Shown here: piece after piece, positions 1 through 9,452 of the stretch
Position numbering within the stretch: the first letter of the stretch is position 1
Layout: each line of letters opens with the position of its first letter
Source: a virus
Taxonomy: Duplodnaviria > Heunggongvirae > Uroviricota > Caudoviricetes
Virus record (IMG/VR): IMGVR_UViG_2917398303_000001
Strand: one strand, 5' to 3'
Length of the DNA stretch: 42,130 bases
Notes under the pieces: model-generated
What the model was told of the DNA's origin: nothing
The model's input: only the letters and a program-made list of their open reading frames with translations
The model's database searches: none
Translations under genes and position numbers: made by a program

Positions 1-1254
1 ATGCTGGAACAAATGGGCATTGCCGCGAAGCAAGCCTCGTATAAATTAGCGCAACTCTCCAGCCGCGAAAAAAATCGCGTGCTGGAAAAAATCGCCGATG
101 AACTGGAAGCACAAAGCGAAATCATCCTCAACGCTAACGCCCAGGATGTTGCTGACGCGCGTGCTAATGGCCTCAGCGAAGCGATGCTTGACCGTCTGGC
201 ACTGACGCCCGCACGGCTGAAAGGCATTGCCGATGATGTGCGCCAGGTGTGTAACCTCGCCGATCCGGTGGGGCAGGTAGTCGATGGCGGCGTGCTGGAC
301 AGCGGCTTGCGTCTGGAGCGTCGTCGCGTGCCGCTGGGGGTGATTGGCGTGATTTATGAAGCGCGCCCGAACGTGACGGTCGATGTTGCTTCGCTATGCC
401 TGAAAACGGGTAACGCGGTGATCCTGCGTGGCGGCAAAGAAACCTGTCGCACTAACGCTGCAACGGTGGCGGTGATTCAGGACGCCCTGAAATCCTGCGG
501 TTTACCGGCAGGAGCAGTACAGGCAATTGATAATCCTGACCGCGCGTTGGTCAGTGAAATGCTGCGTATGGATAAATACATCGACATGCTGATCCCGCGC
601 GGCGGCGCTGGTCTGCATAAGCTATGCCGCGAACAGTCGACAATCCCGGTGATCACAGGCGGTATAGGCGTATGCCATATTTACGTTGATGAAAGTACAG
701 AGATCGCTGAAGCATTGAAAGTGATCGTCAACGCGAAAACTCAGCGTCCGAGCACGTGTAATACGGTAGAAACGTTGCTGGTGAATAAAAACATCGCTGA
801 TAGCTTCCTGCCCGCATTAAGCAAACAAATGGCGGAAAGCAGCGTGACATTACACGCAGATGCTGCCGCACTGGCGCAGTTGCAGGCTGGACCCGCGAAG
901 GTGGTGGCTGTTAAAGCCGAAGAGTATGACGATGAATTTCTGTCATTAGATTTGAACGTCAAAATCGTCAGCGATCTTGACGATGCCATCGCCCATATTC
1001 GTGAACACGGCACACAACACTCCGATGCGATCCTGACCCGCGATATGCGCAACGCCCAGCGTTTTGTTAACGAAGTGGATTCCTCCGCTGTTTACGTTAA
1101 CGCCTCTACGCGTTTTACCGACGGCGGCCAGTTTGGACTGGGTGCAGAAGTGGCGGTAAGCACACAAAAACTCCACGCGCGTGGCCCAATGGGGCTGGAA
1201 GCACTGACCACTTACAAGTGGATCGGCATTGGTGATTACACCATTCGTGCGTAA
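1..1254 (+). CDS. proA: gamma-glutamyl phosphate reductase (proline biosynthesis)
   Basis: Full 417-aa ORF from ATG at 1; translation recognised as ProA (aldehyde dehydrogenase fold). Host gene flanking the prophage. Confidence 0.93.
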   Translation: MLEQMGIAAKQASYKLAQLSSREKNRVLEKIADELEAQSEIILNANAQDVADARANGLSEAMLDRLALTPARLKGIADDVRQVCNLADPVGQVVDGGVLDSGLRLERRRVPLGVIGVIYEARPNVTVDVASLCLKTGNAVILRGGKETCRTNAATVAVIQDALKSCGLPAGAVQAIDNPDRALVSEMLRMDKYIDMLIPRGGAGLHKLCREQSTIPVITGGIGVCHIYVDESTEIAEALKVIVNAKTQRPSTCNTVETLLVNKNIADSFLPALSKQMAESSVTLHADAAALAQLQAGPAKVVAVKAEEYDDEFLSLDLNVKIVSDLDDAIAHIREHGTQHSDAILTRDMRNAQRFVNEVDSSAVYVNASTRFTDGGQFGLGAEVAVSTQKLHARGPMGLEALTTYKWIGIGDYTIRA

Positions 1255-1368
1255 ATAAAAACGGGTGATGCAAAAGTAGCCATTTGATTCACAAGGCCAT
1301 TGACGCATCGCCCGGTTAGTTTTAACCTTGTCCACCGTGATTCACGTTCGTGAACATGTCCTTTCAGG

Positions 1369-1444
1369 GCCGATATAGCTCAGTTGGTAGAGCAGCGCAT
1401 TCGTAATGCGAAGGTCGTAGGTTCGACTCCTATTATCGGCACCA
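1369..1444 (+). tRNA. thrW: tRNA-Thr (anticodon CGU), prophage integration target
   Basis: 76-nt sequence GCCGATATAGCTCAGTTGG...GGTTCGACTCCTATTATCGGCACCA with D-loop, anticodon loop containing CGT, T-loop GGTTCGA and 3' CCA; integrase gene starts 15 nt downstream. Confidence 0.9.
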
Positions 1445-1458
1445 TTTAAATCAATAAG

Positions 1459-2622
1459 TTACACATCATTAGTACCTTCCTTATTTTTTGACTGGGACAA
1501 ATTTGGGACCGATGGGTTCAGAATCGAGTCTATTTGCCGTGCGTGTTCGGTAAGGTGATTAGGCGCGAGGTGAGCATATCGACGAACCATTTCGATAGAC
1601 TCCCAGCCACCCATTTCCTGTAACACTGACAACGGGACTCCGGCTTGAACCAGCCAACTTGCCCAGGTGTGTCTCAAGTCGTGAAATCTGAAATCATCAA
1701 TACCAGCTCGTCTCAGCGCCGCTTTCCAGGCTGTGTTTGCGTCATACCGCATCTTCCTTACTGTTGGCGCTTTCGTTCCGTCTGGTTTGGTACAGCTTTC
1801 CTTATACACAAATACCCAACGGTGATGATTCCCTATTTGTTTTTTCAATACGCGACATGCAGTATCATTCAGCGCAACGCCAATTGCGCGGTTTGATTTA
1901 CTCTCTTCCGGGTTTATCCATGCCACCCGGCGCTGCATGTCTATTTGTTGCCATTCAAGGTTGATGATGTTCGAGCGTCTTAAACCTGTTGCCAGTGCAA
2001 ATTCAACAACAGACTTTAATGGCTCCGGACATTCATCAATCAGCCTTTGTGCTTCATGAGGCTCCAGCCAGCGGATCCGTTTATTCTTTGGTTGAGGCAC
2101 TTTAATAATTGGTGCCTTATCCAGCATTTTCCATTCACGCTCTGCGGCTCTTAGCAGGGCCTTTATAAATGAAAGATGCGTTGCCTTCGTTGCAACGGAC
2201 GCTGGTTTTGGCGTGTATTCTGGAACAGGTTTCCCTTTTTTTCTGCATGCTTCTGCCCTGAGTTTCCAGTTTTCCTCATGACGCCGGTTCGTCATTTTCT
2301 GAATTGCTGAATAAATTTTTGATTCAGTAATGTCTCTTAGTTGCATCCCTGCGAAATGTTGAAGCCAGAATCCGATCCGGCTTTTGTCATCGTCCAGTGA
2401 TTTTTTATGTGCTTTCTCTTCAAGCCACCTGACACACGCTTCCTCGAACGTCATATCAGGTATTTCACCAAGTTTGCTGACCCGCCATGCTTCAGCCTTT
2501 AGCTTGTCATGGAGCTCTGTTGCCTGCCTTTTGTCCTTTGTTCCAAGAGACTGTTTAAATCTTTTACCGTTCGGCAATGTGAAACTGGCGTACCATATTT
2601 CACTTCTGCGGAAGAGTGACAT
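1459..2622 (-). CDS. int: tyrosine-type phage integrase (P4-like family)
   Basis: 387-aa ORF next to the tRNA; C-terminal catalytic motifs ([15 protein letters not shown] ... VRRYAHL) typical of tyrosine recombinases; RBS AGAGGA upstream of the ATG. Confidence 0.9.
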   Translation of the reverse strand: MSLFRRSEIWYASFTLPNGKRFKQSLGTKDKRQATELHDKLKAEAWRVSKLGEIPDMTFEEACVRWLEEKAHKKSLDDDKSRIGFWLQHFAGMQLRDITESKIYSAIQKMTNRRHEENWKLRAEACRKKGKPVPEYTPKPASVATKATHLSFIKALLRAAEREWKMLDKAPIIKVPQPKNKRIRWLEPHEAQRLIDECPEPLKSVVEFALATGLRRSNIINLEWQQIDMQRRVAWINPEESKSNRAIGVALNDTACRVLKKQIGNHHRWVFVYKESCTKPDGTKAPTVRKMRYDANTAWKAALRRAGIDDFRFHDLRHTWASWLVQAGVPLSVLQEMGGWESIEMVRRYAHLAPNHLTEHARQIDSILNPSVPNLSQSKNKEGTNDV

Positions 2623-2849
2623 TTTCTTTCCTCTGTTATGCCATCACCCGCGCTCACCTTGATAGTATGCAGCGGAGACTGAAGCGCCGCAATGCAGGCT
2701 TGTCGCGTTGTGAGGTAAGGAGATTTTGGTTTAGTGGGGTCTTTGCGTGTTGCCTGTAGGCGGCCTGTTCGTATCCAGTTGGTAGCGGTAGGTCTGGATA
2801 TCTTGAGAAACTGACAGGCCTCATCGAGTGTGAGACTGTATGATTCCAT
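2499..2849 (-). CDS. xis: excisionase-like DNA-binding protein (AlpA/Xis family)
   Basis: ORF upstream of int; ATG at 2849 preceded by AGAGGT RBS; N-terminus [31 protein letters not shown] has a helix-turn-helix typical of AlpA-type excisionases. The 3' end overlaps the int start by 124 nt, so the true C-terminus is uncertain. Confidence 0.5.
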   Translation of the reverse strand: MESYSLTLDEACQFLKISRPTATNWIRTGRLQATRKDPTKPKSPYLTTRQACIAALQSPLHTIKVSAGDGITEERKCHSSAEVKYGTPVSHCRTVKDLNSLLEQRTKGRQQSSMTS

Positions 2850-3099
2850 GGTTACCTCTGCTTTTTGAACGCATGTCACGTAACTTCTTAATGTGTTCTG
2901 CCGTTTCGATCTCTTCTGCTATCCGATCTGCATCAGCTTTATTCACAGGTTCAAAGTCATGATTAAAGCGGAACATGCTGGCGATACATGTTCTGCCTTT
3001 TCGGATGTAGTGAACTTTGTTGTGAGTGGAACGCAGGATTTTGCAGGGAGTGCCGTGGTGGTCGACGTACCAGGTGTTAGGGTAAATCACTCTGAACAT
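2821..3099 (-). CDS. hypothetical early protein (92 aa)
   Basis: ATG-initiated ORF in the compact minus-strand early operon with short overlaps to its neighbours; no recognisable domain. Confidence 0.4.
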   Translation of the reverse strand: MFRVIYPNTWYVDHHGTPCKILRSTHNKVHYIRKGRTCIASMFRFNHDFEPVNKADADRIAEEIETAEHIKKLRDMRSKSRGNHGIIQSHTR

Positions 3100-3409
3100 T
3101 CTTGACCTTGTGTTGTGCGGATTGATATTCAGTGCTGATATTCACCTTTATAGCGAACACCTTTACCGGTTTATCGCCAAAGTGTGGATGTGTGATTGTC
3201 TTCACTTCATATCCGTCATACGGAACATCAATTCTGCGACTGGAATCGTCGCGCTTCGGATATCCTTTCGTGATGATCAGACTGCCATACTCGCGGTTAA
3301 CGAGGCGCTTTTTCCAGTAGTCATTACACAGGCGATACTCTTCCGTTTTCTCTCCGCGAATCATGGCATCGAAGTATTCACTTTTAACAGCAAGTTGCAG
3401 GTTAGCCAT
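3077..3409 (-). CDS. ASCH/DUF3850-like protein
   Basis: 110-aa ORF (ATG at 3409, overlapping the stop of the upstream gene); size and sequence pattern resemble ASCH-like small proteins common in prophage early regions. Assignment from memory only. Confidence 0.45.
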   Translation of the reverse strand: MANLQLAVKSEYFDAMIRGEKTEEYRLCNDYWKKRLVNREYGSLIITKGYPKRDDSSRRIDVPYDGYEVKTITHPHFGDKPVKVFAIKVNISTEYQSAQHKVKNVQSDLP

Positions 3410-3630
3410 CACTTAATCCCCCTTTGTTTGCGGATAAGCTCCAGATCTTGCTGGCAACTGGCGCAAGTCCGACAACCCTGAACGGCCAGTCGTCTTCGTT
3501 CATCTATGGGATCGCCACACTCACAACAATGAGTGGCAGATATAGCCTGGTGGTTCAGGCGGCGCATTTTTATTGCTGTGTTGCGCTGTAATTCTTCAAT
3601 TTCTGATGCTGAATCAATTATGTCCGCCAT
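3409..3630 (-). CDS. DksA/TraR-family C4-type zinc-finger protein
   Basis: 73-aa ORF with CxxC-x17-CxxC motif (CCECGDPIDERRRLAVQGCRTCASCQ) characteristic of TraR/DksA C4 zinc fingers. Confidence 0.7.
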   Translation of the reverse strand: MADIIDSASEIEELQRNTAIKMRRLNHQAISATHCCECGDPIDERRRLAVQGCRTCASCQQDLELIRKQRGIK

Positions 3631-3728
3631 CTTTCATTAATCCCTGAATTGTTGGTTAATACGCTTGAGGGTGAATGCGAATAATAAAAAAGGAGCCTGT
3701 AGCTCCCTGATGATTTTGCTTTTCATGT

Positions 3729-3944
3729 TCACCGTTCCTTAAAGACGCCGTTTAACATGCCGATCGCCAGGCTTAAATGAGTCGGTGTGAATCCCATCAT
3801 CGTTACCGTTTTGCGGTGCTTTTTCAGAACGCTACGGCAAATGTCATCGACGTTTTTATCCGGAAACTGCTGTCTGGCTTTTTTGATTTCAGAATTAGCC
3901 TGACGGGCAATGCTGCGAAGGGCGTTTTCTTGCTGATGTGTCAT
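3729..3944 (-). CDS. hypothetical protein (71 aa from internal ATG)
   Basis: Open frame; ATG at 3944 chosen over the upstream start of the 104-aa track ORF; no domain recognised. Confidence 0.3.
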   Translation of the reverse strand: MTHQQENALRSIARQANSEIKKARQQFPDKNVDDICRSVLKKHRKTVTMMGFTPTHLSLAIGMLNGVFKER

Positions 3945-4020
3945 TGAACAAGTCCCATGTCGGCAAGCATAAGCACACAGAATATGAAGCCCGCTGCCAG
4001 AAAAATGCATTCCGTGGTTG

Positions 4021-4578
4021 TCATGCAGCCTCCCGACGGGCAAGAATCCTTGAGCCGAACGCCATCAACTCGCCACGATCAACGGTCGTAAAGTGGCAGT
4101 GTGTACGGGGGTATGGGTGCCAGATAATGAGCATCGAGCCTTTATTATTTCCACTCACGGGTTTCCCGGTGAGTGGGTTAATAAATGCCAGTCGTCCTGC
4201 CGTGATGAATCTGACCTCACTGGCGGTTTGTATCGCTTCATGAAACCATCCGACAGACGTGTCAGCAGGTAATAACATTACACATCCCACACTACTGAAT
4301 TTGTTTTCAGTGGCTGCCTTTTTCACAAAAGGGGAAATATTGCTGTATGGTGGATTCAGCCAGACATAACCAGAGGCATATCCCATTGCTTCAGGCCATG
4401 AAGTGGTTAATGTGTTCTGCTCCTGTGAGATAAAAAGCCGACATAGCCGGTTTTTTTCGTTGGCTGCAGCATCAAGTTGAAAAACGAACTCTGCATTCAG
4501 CGCAGCAAAAATCTCTGGTGGTGTGCGCCAGCTGTCGCGATGTTCGGCAGGAGTATTGCTTCCGGTGAAATCAGTCAT
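4021..4578 (-). CDS. phage N6-adenine DNA methyltransferase (orphan)
   Basis: 185-aa ORF containing the NPPY catalytic motif (WLNPPYSN) of N6-adenine methyltransferases; no restriction partner nearby. Confidence 0.75.
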   Translation of the reverse strand: MTDFTGSNTPAEHRDSWRTPPEIFAALNAEFVFQLDAAANEKNRLCRLFISQEQNTLTTSWPEAMGYASGYVWLNPPYSNISPFVKKAATENKFSSVGCVMLLPADTSVGWFHEAIQTASEVRFITAGRLAFINPLTGKPVSGNNKGSMLIIWHPYPRTHCHFTTVDRGELMAFGSRILARREAA

Positions 4579-4739
4579 ACAGCCCCCCGTTTATTATTTA
4601 TCGCCTCAGCCAGCCGCTGTGCTTTCAGTGGATTTCGGATAACAGAAAGGCCGGGAAATACCCAGCCTCGCTTTGTAACGGAGTAGACGAAAGTGATCGC
4701 GCCTACCCGGATATTATCGTGAGGATGCTTCATCGCCAT
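4575..4739 (-). CDS. small early protein (lambda orf60a-like, 54 aa)
   Basis: Hand-translated ORF below the track length cutoff: [54 protein letters not shown]; its stop overlaps the methyltransferase ATG (ATGA), and it sits just downstream of exo as in lambda. Confidence 0.4.
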   Translation of the reverse strand: MAMKHPHDNIRVGAITFVYSVTKRGWVFPGLSVIRNPLKAQRLAEAINNKRGAV

Positions 4740-5410
4740 TGCTCCCCAAATACAAAACCAATTTCAGCCAGTGCCTCGTCCATTTTTTCGATGAATTCCG
4801 GCACCATCTCGTCAAAACTCGCCATGTACTTTTCATCCCGCTCAACCACGACATAATGCAGGCCTTCACGCTTCATACGCGGGTTATAGTTGGCAAAGTA
4901 CCAGGCATCTTTTCGCGTCACCCACATGCTGTACTGCACCTGGGCCATGTAAGCCGACTTTATGGCCTCGAAACCACCGAGCCGGAACTTCATGAAATCC
5001 CGGGAGGTAAACGGGCATTTCAGCTCAAGGCCATTGCCGTCACTGCATAAACCATCGGGAGAGCAGGCGGTGCGCATACTTTCGTCGCGATAGATGATCG
5101 GGGATTCAATAACATTCACGCCGGAAGTGAACTCAAACAGGGTTCTGGCGTCGTTCTCGTACTGTTTTCCCCAGGCCAGTGCTTTAGCGTTAACTTCCAG
5201 AGCCACACCGGTGCAAACCTCGGCAAGCAGGGTGTGGAAGTAGGACATTTTCATGTCAGGCCACTTCTTTCCGGAGCGGGGTTTTGCTATCACGTTGTGA
5301 ACTTCTGAAGCTGTGATGACGCCGAGGCGTAATTTGTGCCACGCATCATCCCCCTGCTCGACAGCTCTCACGTCGATCCCGGTACGCTGCAGGATAATGT
5401 CTGGTGTCAT
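4730..5410 (-). CDS. exo: lambda exonuclease (Red alpha)
   Basis: 226-aa ORF, near-identical over its length to lambda Exo ([40 protein letters not shown]...). Confidence 0.97.
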   Translation of the reverse strand: MTPDIILQRTGIDVRAVEQGDDAWHKLRLGVITASEVHNVIAKPRSGKKWPDMKMSYFHTLLAEVCTGVALEVNAKALAWGKQYENDARTLFEFTSGVNVIESPIIYRDESMRTACSPDGLCSDGNGLELKCPFTSRDFMKFRLGGFEAIKSAYMAQVQYSMWVTRKDAWYFANYNPRMKREGLHYVVVERDEKYMASFDEMVPEFIEKMDEALAEIGFVFGEQWR

Positions 5411-6192
5411 GCTGCCACCTTCTGCTCAGTGGCTTTTTGTTTCAGGAATCCAAGAGCTTTCACTGCTTCGGCCTGTGTCAATTCTGACGATGCACGAATG
5501 TCGCGGCGAAATATCTGGGAACAGAGCGGCAATAAGTCGCCATCCCATGTTTTATCCAGGGCGATCAGCAGAGTGTTAATCTCCTGCATGGTTTCATCGT
5601 TAACCGGAGTGATGTCGCGTTCCGGCTGACGTTCTGCAGTGTATGCGGTATTTTCGACAATGCGCTCGGCTTCATCCTTGTCATAGATACCCGCAAATCC
5701 GAAGGCCAGACGGGCACACTGAATCATGGCTTTATGCCGTAACATCCGTTTGGGATGCGACTGCCACGGCCCCGTGATTTCTCTGCCTTCGCGGGTTTTG
5801 AATGGTTCGCGGCGGCATTCATCCATCCACTCGGTAACGCAGATCGGATGATTACGGTCCTTGCGGTAAATCCGGCATGTACAGAATTCGTTGTCCTGCT
5901 CAAAGTCCATGCCATCAAACTGCTGGTTTTCATTGATGATGCGGGACCAGCCATCAACGCCCACCACCGGAACGATGCCGTTCTGCTTATCAGGAAAGGC
6001 GTAAATTTCTTTCGTCCACGGATTAAGACCGTACTGGTTGGCGACGATCAGCAATGCGATGAACTGCGCATCGCTGGCATCACCTTTAAATGCCGTCTGG
6101 CGAAGAGTGGTGATCAGTTCCTGTGGGTCGACAGAATCCATGCCGACACGTTCAGCCAGCTTCCCTGCCAGCGTTGCGAGTGCAGTACTCAT
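5407..6192 (-). CDS. bet: Red beta single-strand annealing protein
   Basis: 261-aa ORF matching lambda Bet ([72 protein letters not shown]...); overlaps the exo start. Confidence 0.97.
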   Translation of the reverse strand: MSTALATLAGKLAERVGMDSVDPQELITTLRQTAFKGDASDAQFIALLIVANQYGLNPWTKEIYAFPDKQNGIVPVVGVDGWSRIINENQQFDGMDFEQDNEFCTCRIYRKDRNHPICVTEWMDECRREPFKTREGREITGPWQSHPKRMLRHKAMIQCARLAFGFAGIYDKDEAERIVENTAYTAERQPERDITPVNDETMQEINTLLIALDKTWDGDLLPLCSQIFRRDIRASSELTQAEAVKALGFLKQKATEQKVAA

Positions 6193-6197
6193 TCGTT

Positions 6198-6494
6198 TTA
6201 TACCTCTGAATCAATATCAACCTGGTGGTGAGCAATGGTTTCAACCAAGTACCGGATGTGTTCTGCCATGCGCTCCTGAAACTCAACATCGTCATCAAAT
6301 GCACGAGAAATGGCTTTTTTGCTGACCCCGTGGCGTTGCAAATGATCGATGCATAGCGATTCAAACAGGTGCTGGGGCAGGCCTTTTTCCATGTCGTCTG
6401 CCAGTTCTGCCTCTTTCTCTTCACGGGCGATCTGCTGGTAGTGACGCGCCCAGCTCTGAGCCTCAAGACGATCCTGAATGTAATAAGCGTTCAT
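6198..6494 (-). CDS. gam: Gam, RecBCD inhibitor (98-aa form)
   Basis: [59 protein letters not shown]... matches lambda Gam. Confidence 0.93.
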   Translation of the reverse strand: MNAYYIQDRLEAQSWARHYQQIAREEKEAELADDMEKGLPQHLFESLCIDHLQRHGVSKKAISRAFDDDVEFQERMAEHIRYLVETIAHHQVDIDSEV

Positions 6495-6569
6495 GGCTGA
6501 ACTCCTGAAAATGGCTGTGAAAATATCGCCCGCGAAATGCCAGGCTGATTAGGAAAACAGGAAAGGGGA

Positions 6570-6860
6570 TTAGTGATTCAGGCCGTTACCGCGTCCGTCG
6601 AGAAAAACTTCCACGAGCAAATCACGGGTATAAGTGCGCTCGATGCCGCGATGCAGATAAAGCCGTCCGCGTAAATTAGCTGAGGCAGTCCAGGTACCAT
6701 CTTTGTGTTTGACCAGCATTCCTGGCATGACCGCACCGCGATTAACGGTCTGCGTTCCGTAATGTTGATGAACCATAAAAACTCCTGCCCGTAAGCTGGG
6801 CTGCTGAACATATAGAGACTTCTGCGCGTATTCAGGCGGTGGATGGCCGCCGGTTGTCAT
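6570..6860 (-). CDS. hypothetical early-left protein (96 aa)
   Basis: ATG-initiated ORF with RBS, first gene downstream of the putative leftward early control region; occupies the kil/cIII position of lambda but has no recognisable similarity. Confidence 0.45.
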   Translation of the reverse strand: MTTGGHPPPEYAQKSLYVQQPSLRAGVFMVHQHYGTQTVNRGAVMPGMLVKHKDGTWTASANLRGRLYLHRGIERTYTRDLLVEVFLDGRGNGLNH

Positions 6861-7221
6861 AACTAAGCCGCCTCGTTGAAGCGACTGAGGTATGAAGTGT
6901 TGAGTTGAGTTGATTTCAGCTGGTCACACCGACGTTCACGCGTCCGCTTCACCCCTCGCACTCCCCGGAGCCTGCTGAAATTCAAGCTGCGGATCTAAGC
7001 GGTCATCGCAACGGTGAATCAGGTGGTTGCCGTATCGTTGTGTTGTTGCGATATGGTGATAATAGCTATTGCTATTGGTGATATCAATACTTATTGCTAT
7101 TGGTTGATGTGTTTTGATATTAAATGTTTGATAGCAAAAAGAATTAATTTTGTGACTTGCATTGCACAGCAATAACTGAAGCGAGGTTGTGGTGTTTTTT
7201 AGGACGATATGCGTGATGAGG
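6861..7221. promoter_or_regulatory. noncoding early-left control region with repeated TATTGCTATTGG motifs (candidate OL/pL)
   Basis: About 360 bp with no plausible ORF; direct repeats ATTGCTATTGG at about 7066 and 7093, with related TTGCTATTG motifs recurring in the cI-cro intergenic region. Confidence 0.35.
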
Positions 7222-7256
7222 GGAGGCAAAAGAAAACCCGGCACGGAGGCCGGGTT
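7222..7256 (-). terminator. intrinsic terminator closing the cI-proximal module
   Basis: 8-bp stem AACCCGGC / GCCGGGTT (7235-7242 and 7249-7256) with a 6-nt loop, followed on the minus strand by UUUCUUUUG; stem starts at the stop codon of the 7255..7638 gene. Confidence 0.65.
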
Positions 7257-7638
7257 AACTTTTATCTTTTCTACTGGCAGCAGGGAATAATCCCCTGATA
7301 ACACCAAGAAAAGCAGCGAATACATTAAGAGTAACAGCTGTTGTTACAGCCAAAACTACCTTATCGGAAAAAACCTTTATCCCAATGATAGAAAACCAGC
7401 CTTGAAAGAAAAGAAACAAAGCCCATCCGTAAAGTGATTTTTTTACGACACGGTACGCTTTTTCCGCCAATATCTCACGAAGTTGCCTGTTTGACTTGGC
7501 GTCTGCCGCTTTTTGAGCATTGAGGTCGTCACCTCTGGATATTCTTTCTGTAATTGGCGGCTCATCTTCGGCACTTGATACTGTCGATGAGCCTACATTT
7601 GTGCCACTGGGTATAGATATGCTATCAAACGACTTCAT
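7255..7638 (-). CDS. small membrane protein, candidate toxin/effector (PanT-like)
   Basis: 127-aa ORF whose ATG overlaps the stop of the upstream gene (TAATG); hydrophilic N-terminal 70 aa, then two predicted TM helices (LYGWALFLFFQGWFSIIGIKVF; VVLAVTTAVTLNVFAAFLGVIRGLF); AT-rich codon usage. Confidence 0.5.
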   Translation of the reverse strand: MKSFDSISIPSGTNVGSSTVSSAEDEPPITERISRGDDLNAQKAADAKSNRQLREILAEKAYRVVKKSLYGWALFLFFQGWFSIIGIKVFSDKVVLAVTTAVTLNVFAAFLGVIRGLFPAASRKDKS

Positions 7639-8108
7639 TAGTGAATATGCTTCGCCATATCCTCATGAGAAATGGGGCCACCATCTGCACTTCCCTTGCT
7701 CCATGCTGTACCAGGCGCATGTGTTAAGTTAGACAGTTCGGTACCTGAAAATTTCCCATATACTTCGATGATTTTATTGATAAGAGCTTGAGCTTCTTGA
7801 TCATCTTTTTGAATTGTAGGGGTGATTCTTTTTAATTCGCCATCACACTCTAAGATGACGCTAATCTTTTCAGTGATTTCGTTTGCTCCATACTTCTTCA
7901 ACATATGATAAAGCGGTGGAATAACAGGCCCGAATTTCCATCTGGCGAAAAGATCATCAAAAAGCGGTGTGTTGTCGCGTAACTTTAAATGCCATGATTG
8001 AGTATAAAAAAGAAGCTTCTGGAGCTTCATTGGAGTCAGATTCTTTAACTTACCCTTTAAAGCCTTTTCAATGAAGGCATTAGCAACCGCTGCAGCTGAG
8101 TAAGCCAT
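7638..8108 (-). CDS. Panacea-domain (DUF4065) protein, candidate antitoxin (PanA/SocA-like)
   Basis: 156-aa ORF with strong RBS AAGGAGGG; N-terminal region AAAVANAFIEKA...LKNLTPMKLQKLLFYTQSWHLKL...GPVIPPLY matches the conserved core of DUF4065/Panacea proteins as I recall it. Confidence 0.55.
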   Translation of the reverse strand: MAYSAAAVANAFIEKALKGKLKNLTPMKLQKLLFYTQSWHLKLRDNTPLFDDLFARWKFGPVIPPLYHMLKKYGANEITEKISVILECDGELKRITPTIQKDDQEAQALINKIIEVYGKFSGTELSNLTHAPGTAWSKGSADGGPISHEDMAKHIH

Positions 8109-8397
8109 GTTATGCCCTCCTTAACTGTATAAATAACCAGTTGTATAATGCTTGCATTTTACCTGAAAGGTAACTGTTAGTACATATTAATAACTTTATG
8201 TACATCCGTCACTTACAAAACGATAGGATTTATTGCTGTTTATCCTTATTAGGTAGCATATTATTCTGGTAAGGGGTGCTGGAAAGTTGTTTACTATATA
8301 TAGTGGTAGGGTGGCATAATTCAATACAACATAAAGTGTCATGGCGAGAGCTCTGGCTATCGCCATCATTAATATTGTCTATTATGTAGACATGGGA

Positions 8398-9090
8398 TTA
8401 ACCATGTTTCCTATACGTCTGCGGCATGCTCCCAATAACCTTACCGAAGATGAATACCCGGTTCATCTCGTCTTTCTCGATCGGGTCCCACGGTGAGTAG
8501 CTTTTGTTATCAGAGATGACCAGTAGCTTATCCTTCATCATTTGCAGGCGCTTTACATGGGCTGTGTCGTCATACAGAAACGCATAGATACCATCACCGT
8601 CGAAAGATTTAACCGTGATATCAACGAACAGCAGATCACCTGGTTCGATAGTTCCTGACATGCTGTCACCACGCACGTTAATGATGCGGATATTTTCCGC
8701 CTTCCTGCCATCGAACATGTGACGAGCATCGTCAAACGAGTACTCAACCGAGCGTAGGACTTCTACAAACTCACGGTTGATGACACCCGGCCCGGCACTG
8801 ACTTCTATATCAAGAACGTCAATCTTGAAGTATTTGGAATGGTTGACAGCAGGCTTCCCTGATTGTTGACCGTCATTTCTCATCGGGCCTATGCCTGATG
8901 AGAGCCACTCTGTTCGAACACCCAATGCATTAGCTATTTCAACAATTTTTGTTGAGCCGCGCGCGTTGCCGCTTGTCAGTCTCCAGATTGTGGGTTGAGC
9001 TACGCCAGACGCCTTTGCAAGAGCGCCTTGAGACATTCCAGATTGTTCCATCGCTAGGTTTAAGCGATCAGCAAGAGTTTCTTTTTTCAT
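8398..9090 (-). CDS. cI: CI-like prophage repressor (HTH plus S24 LexA-like peptidase domain)
   Basis: 231 aa from ATG at 9090 (the track ORF begins at an upstream TTG); N-terminal HTH (MSQGALAKASGVAQPTIWRL) and C-terminal S24 autopeptidase motifs (NVRGDSMSGTIEPGDLLFVD ... HVKRL); divergently oriented to cro. Confidence 0.85.
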   Translation of the reverse strand: MKKETLADRLNLAMEQSGMSQGALAKASGVAQPTIWRLTSGNARGSTKIVEIANALGVRTEWLSSGIGPMRNDGQQSGKPAVNHSKYFKIDVLDIEVSAGPGVINREFVEVLRSVEYSFDDARHMFDGRKAENIRIINVRGDSMSGTIEPGDLLFVDITVKSFDGDGIYAFLYDDTAHVKRLQMMKDKLLVISDNKSYSPWDPIEKDEMNRVFIFGKVIGSMPQTYRKHG

Positions 9091-9197
9091 AAGTTTTAAT
9101 TTATACGCTTGCGTATTGATGGTCAAAACACGTTTTGCTATTGCTTGGATTAATACGCATTGCTATTATCCATTCATTGCAATACCAATAGGAATTG
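9091..9197. promoter_or_regulatory. cI-cro intergenic operator/promoter region (OR-like)
   Basis: Divergent-gene spacer containing the perfect palindrome ATACGC-TT-GCGTAT (9103-9116), a related half-site AATACGCATTGC, and TTGCTATTG motifs. Confidence 0.6.
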
Positions 9198-9428
9198 ATG
9201 ATGACAAATCAAACCATTCAACTCGCAATCAGTATTACAGGTAGTCAAAAACGACTGGCAGATCTATGCGGTGTAGCCCAACCCACTGTTTGGCGTTGGC
9301 TACACGGTGGCGGAATTGATGCCCGCTATGTAATGAAAATTGTCTCAGCCACTGGTGGAAAGATTAAACCAGCAGATATTCGTCCCGACCTCGCACCATT
9401 GTTTAACGCGAGTAATTCTGCCGCCTAA
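9198..9428 (+). CDS. cro: Cro/YdaS-like HTH regulator
   Basis: About 76-aa ORF divergent from cI; HTH QKRLADLCGVAQPTVWRWL; ATG at 9198 follows AGGA. Confidence 0.75.
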   Translation: MMTNQTIQLAISITGSQKRLADLCGVAQPTVWRWLHGGGIDARYVMKIVSATGGKIKPADIRPDLAPLFNASNSAA

Positions 9429-9452
9429 ACTGCGGCGTTAACTGATAAGGCA

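Noticed and set aside
741-1335. Two minus-strand ORFs (103 and 129 aa) at the proA 3' end
   Set aside because: Antisense to proA, which is a conserved full-length gene; no independent support.
2850-2879. Upstream start of the 126-aa xis-region ORF
   Set aside because: The ATG at 2849 has a proper RBS and yields the typical [12 protein letters not shown]-terminus; the 10-codon extension overlaps the preceding gene.
6495-6569. Possible long-form Gam N-terminal extension
   Set aside because: The frame upstream of the gam ATG at 6494 is closed and does not reproduce the lambda long-form N-terminus; only the 98-aa form is supported.
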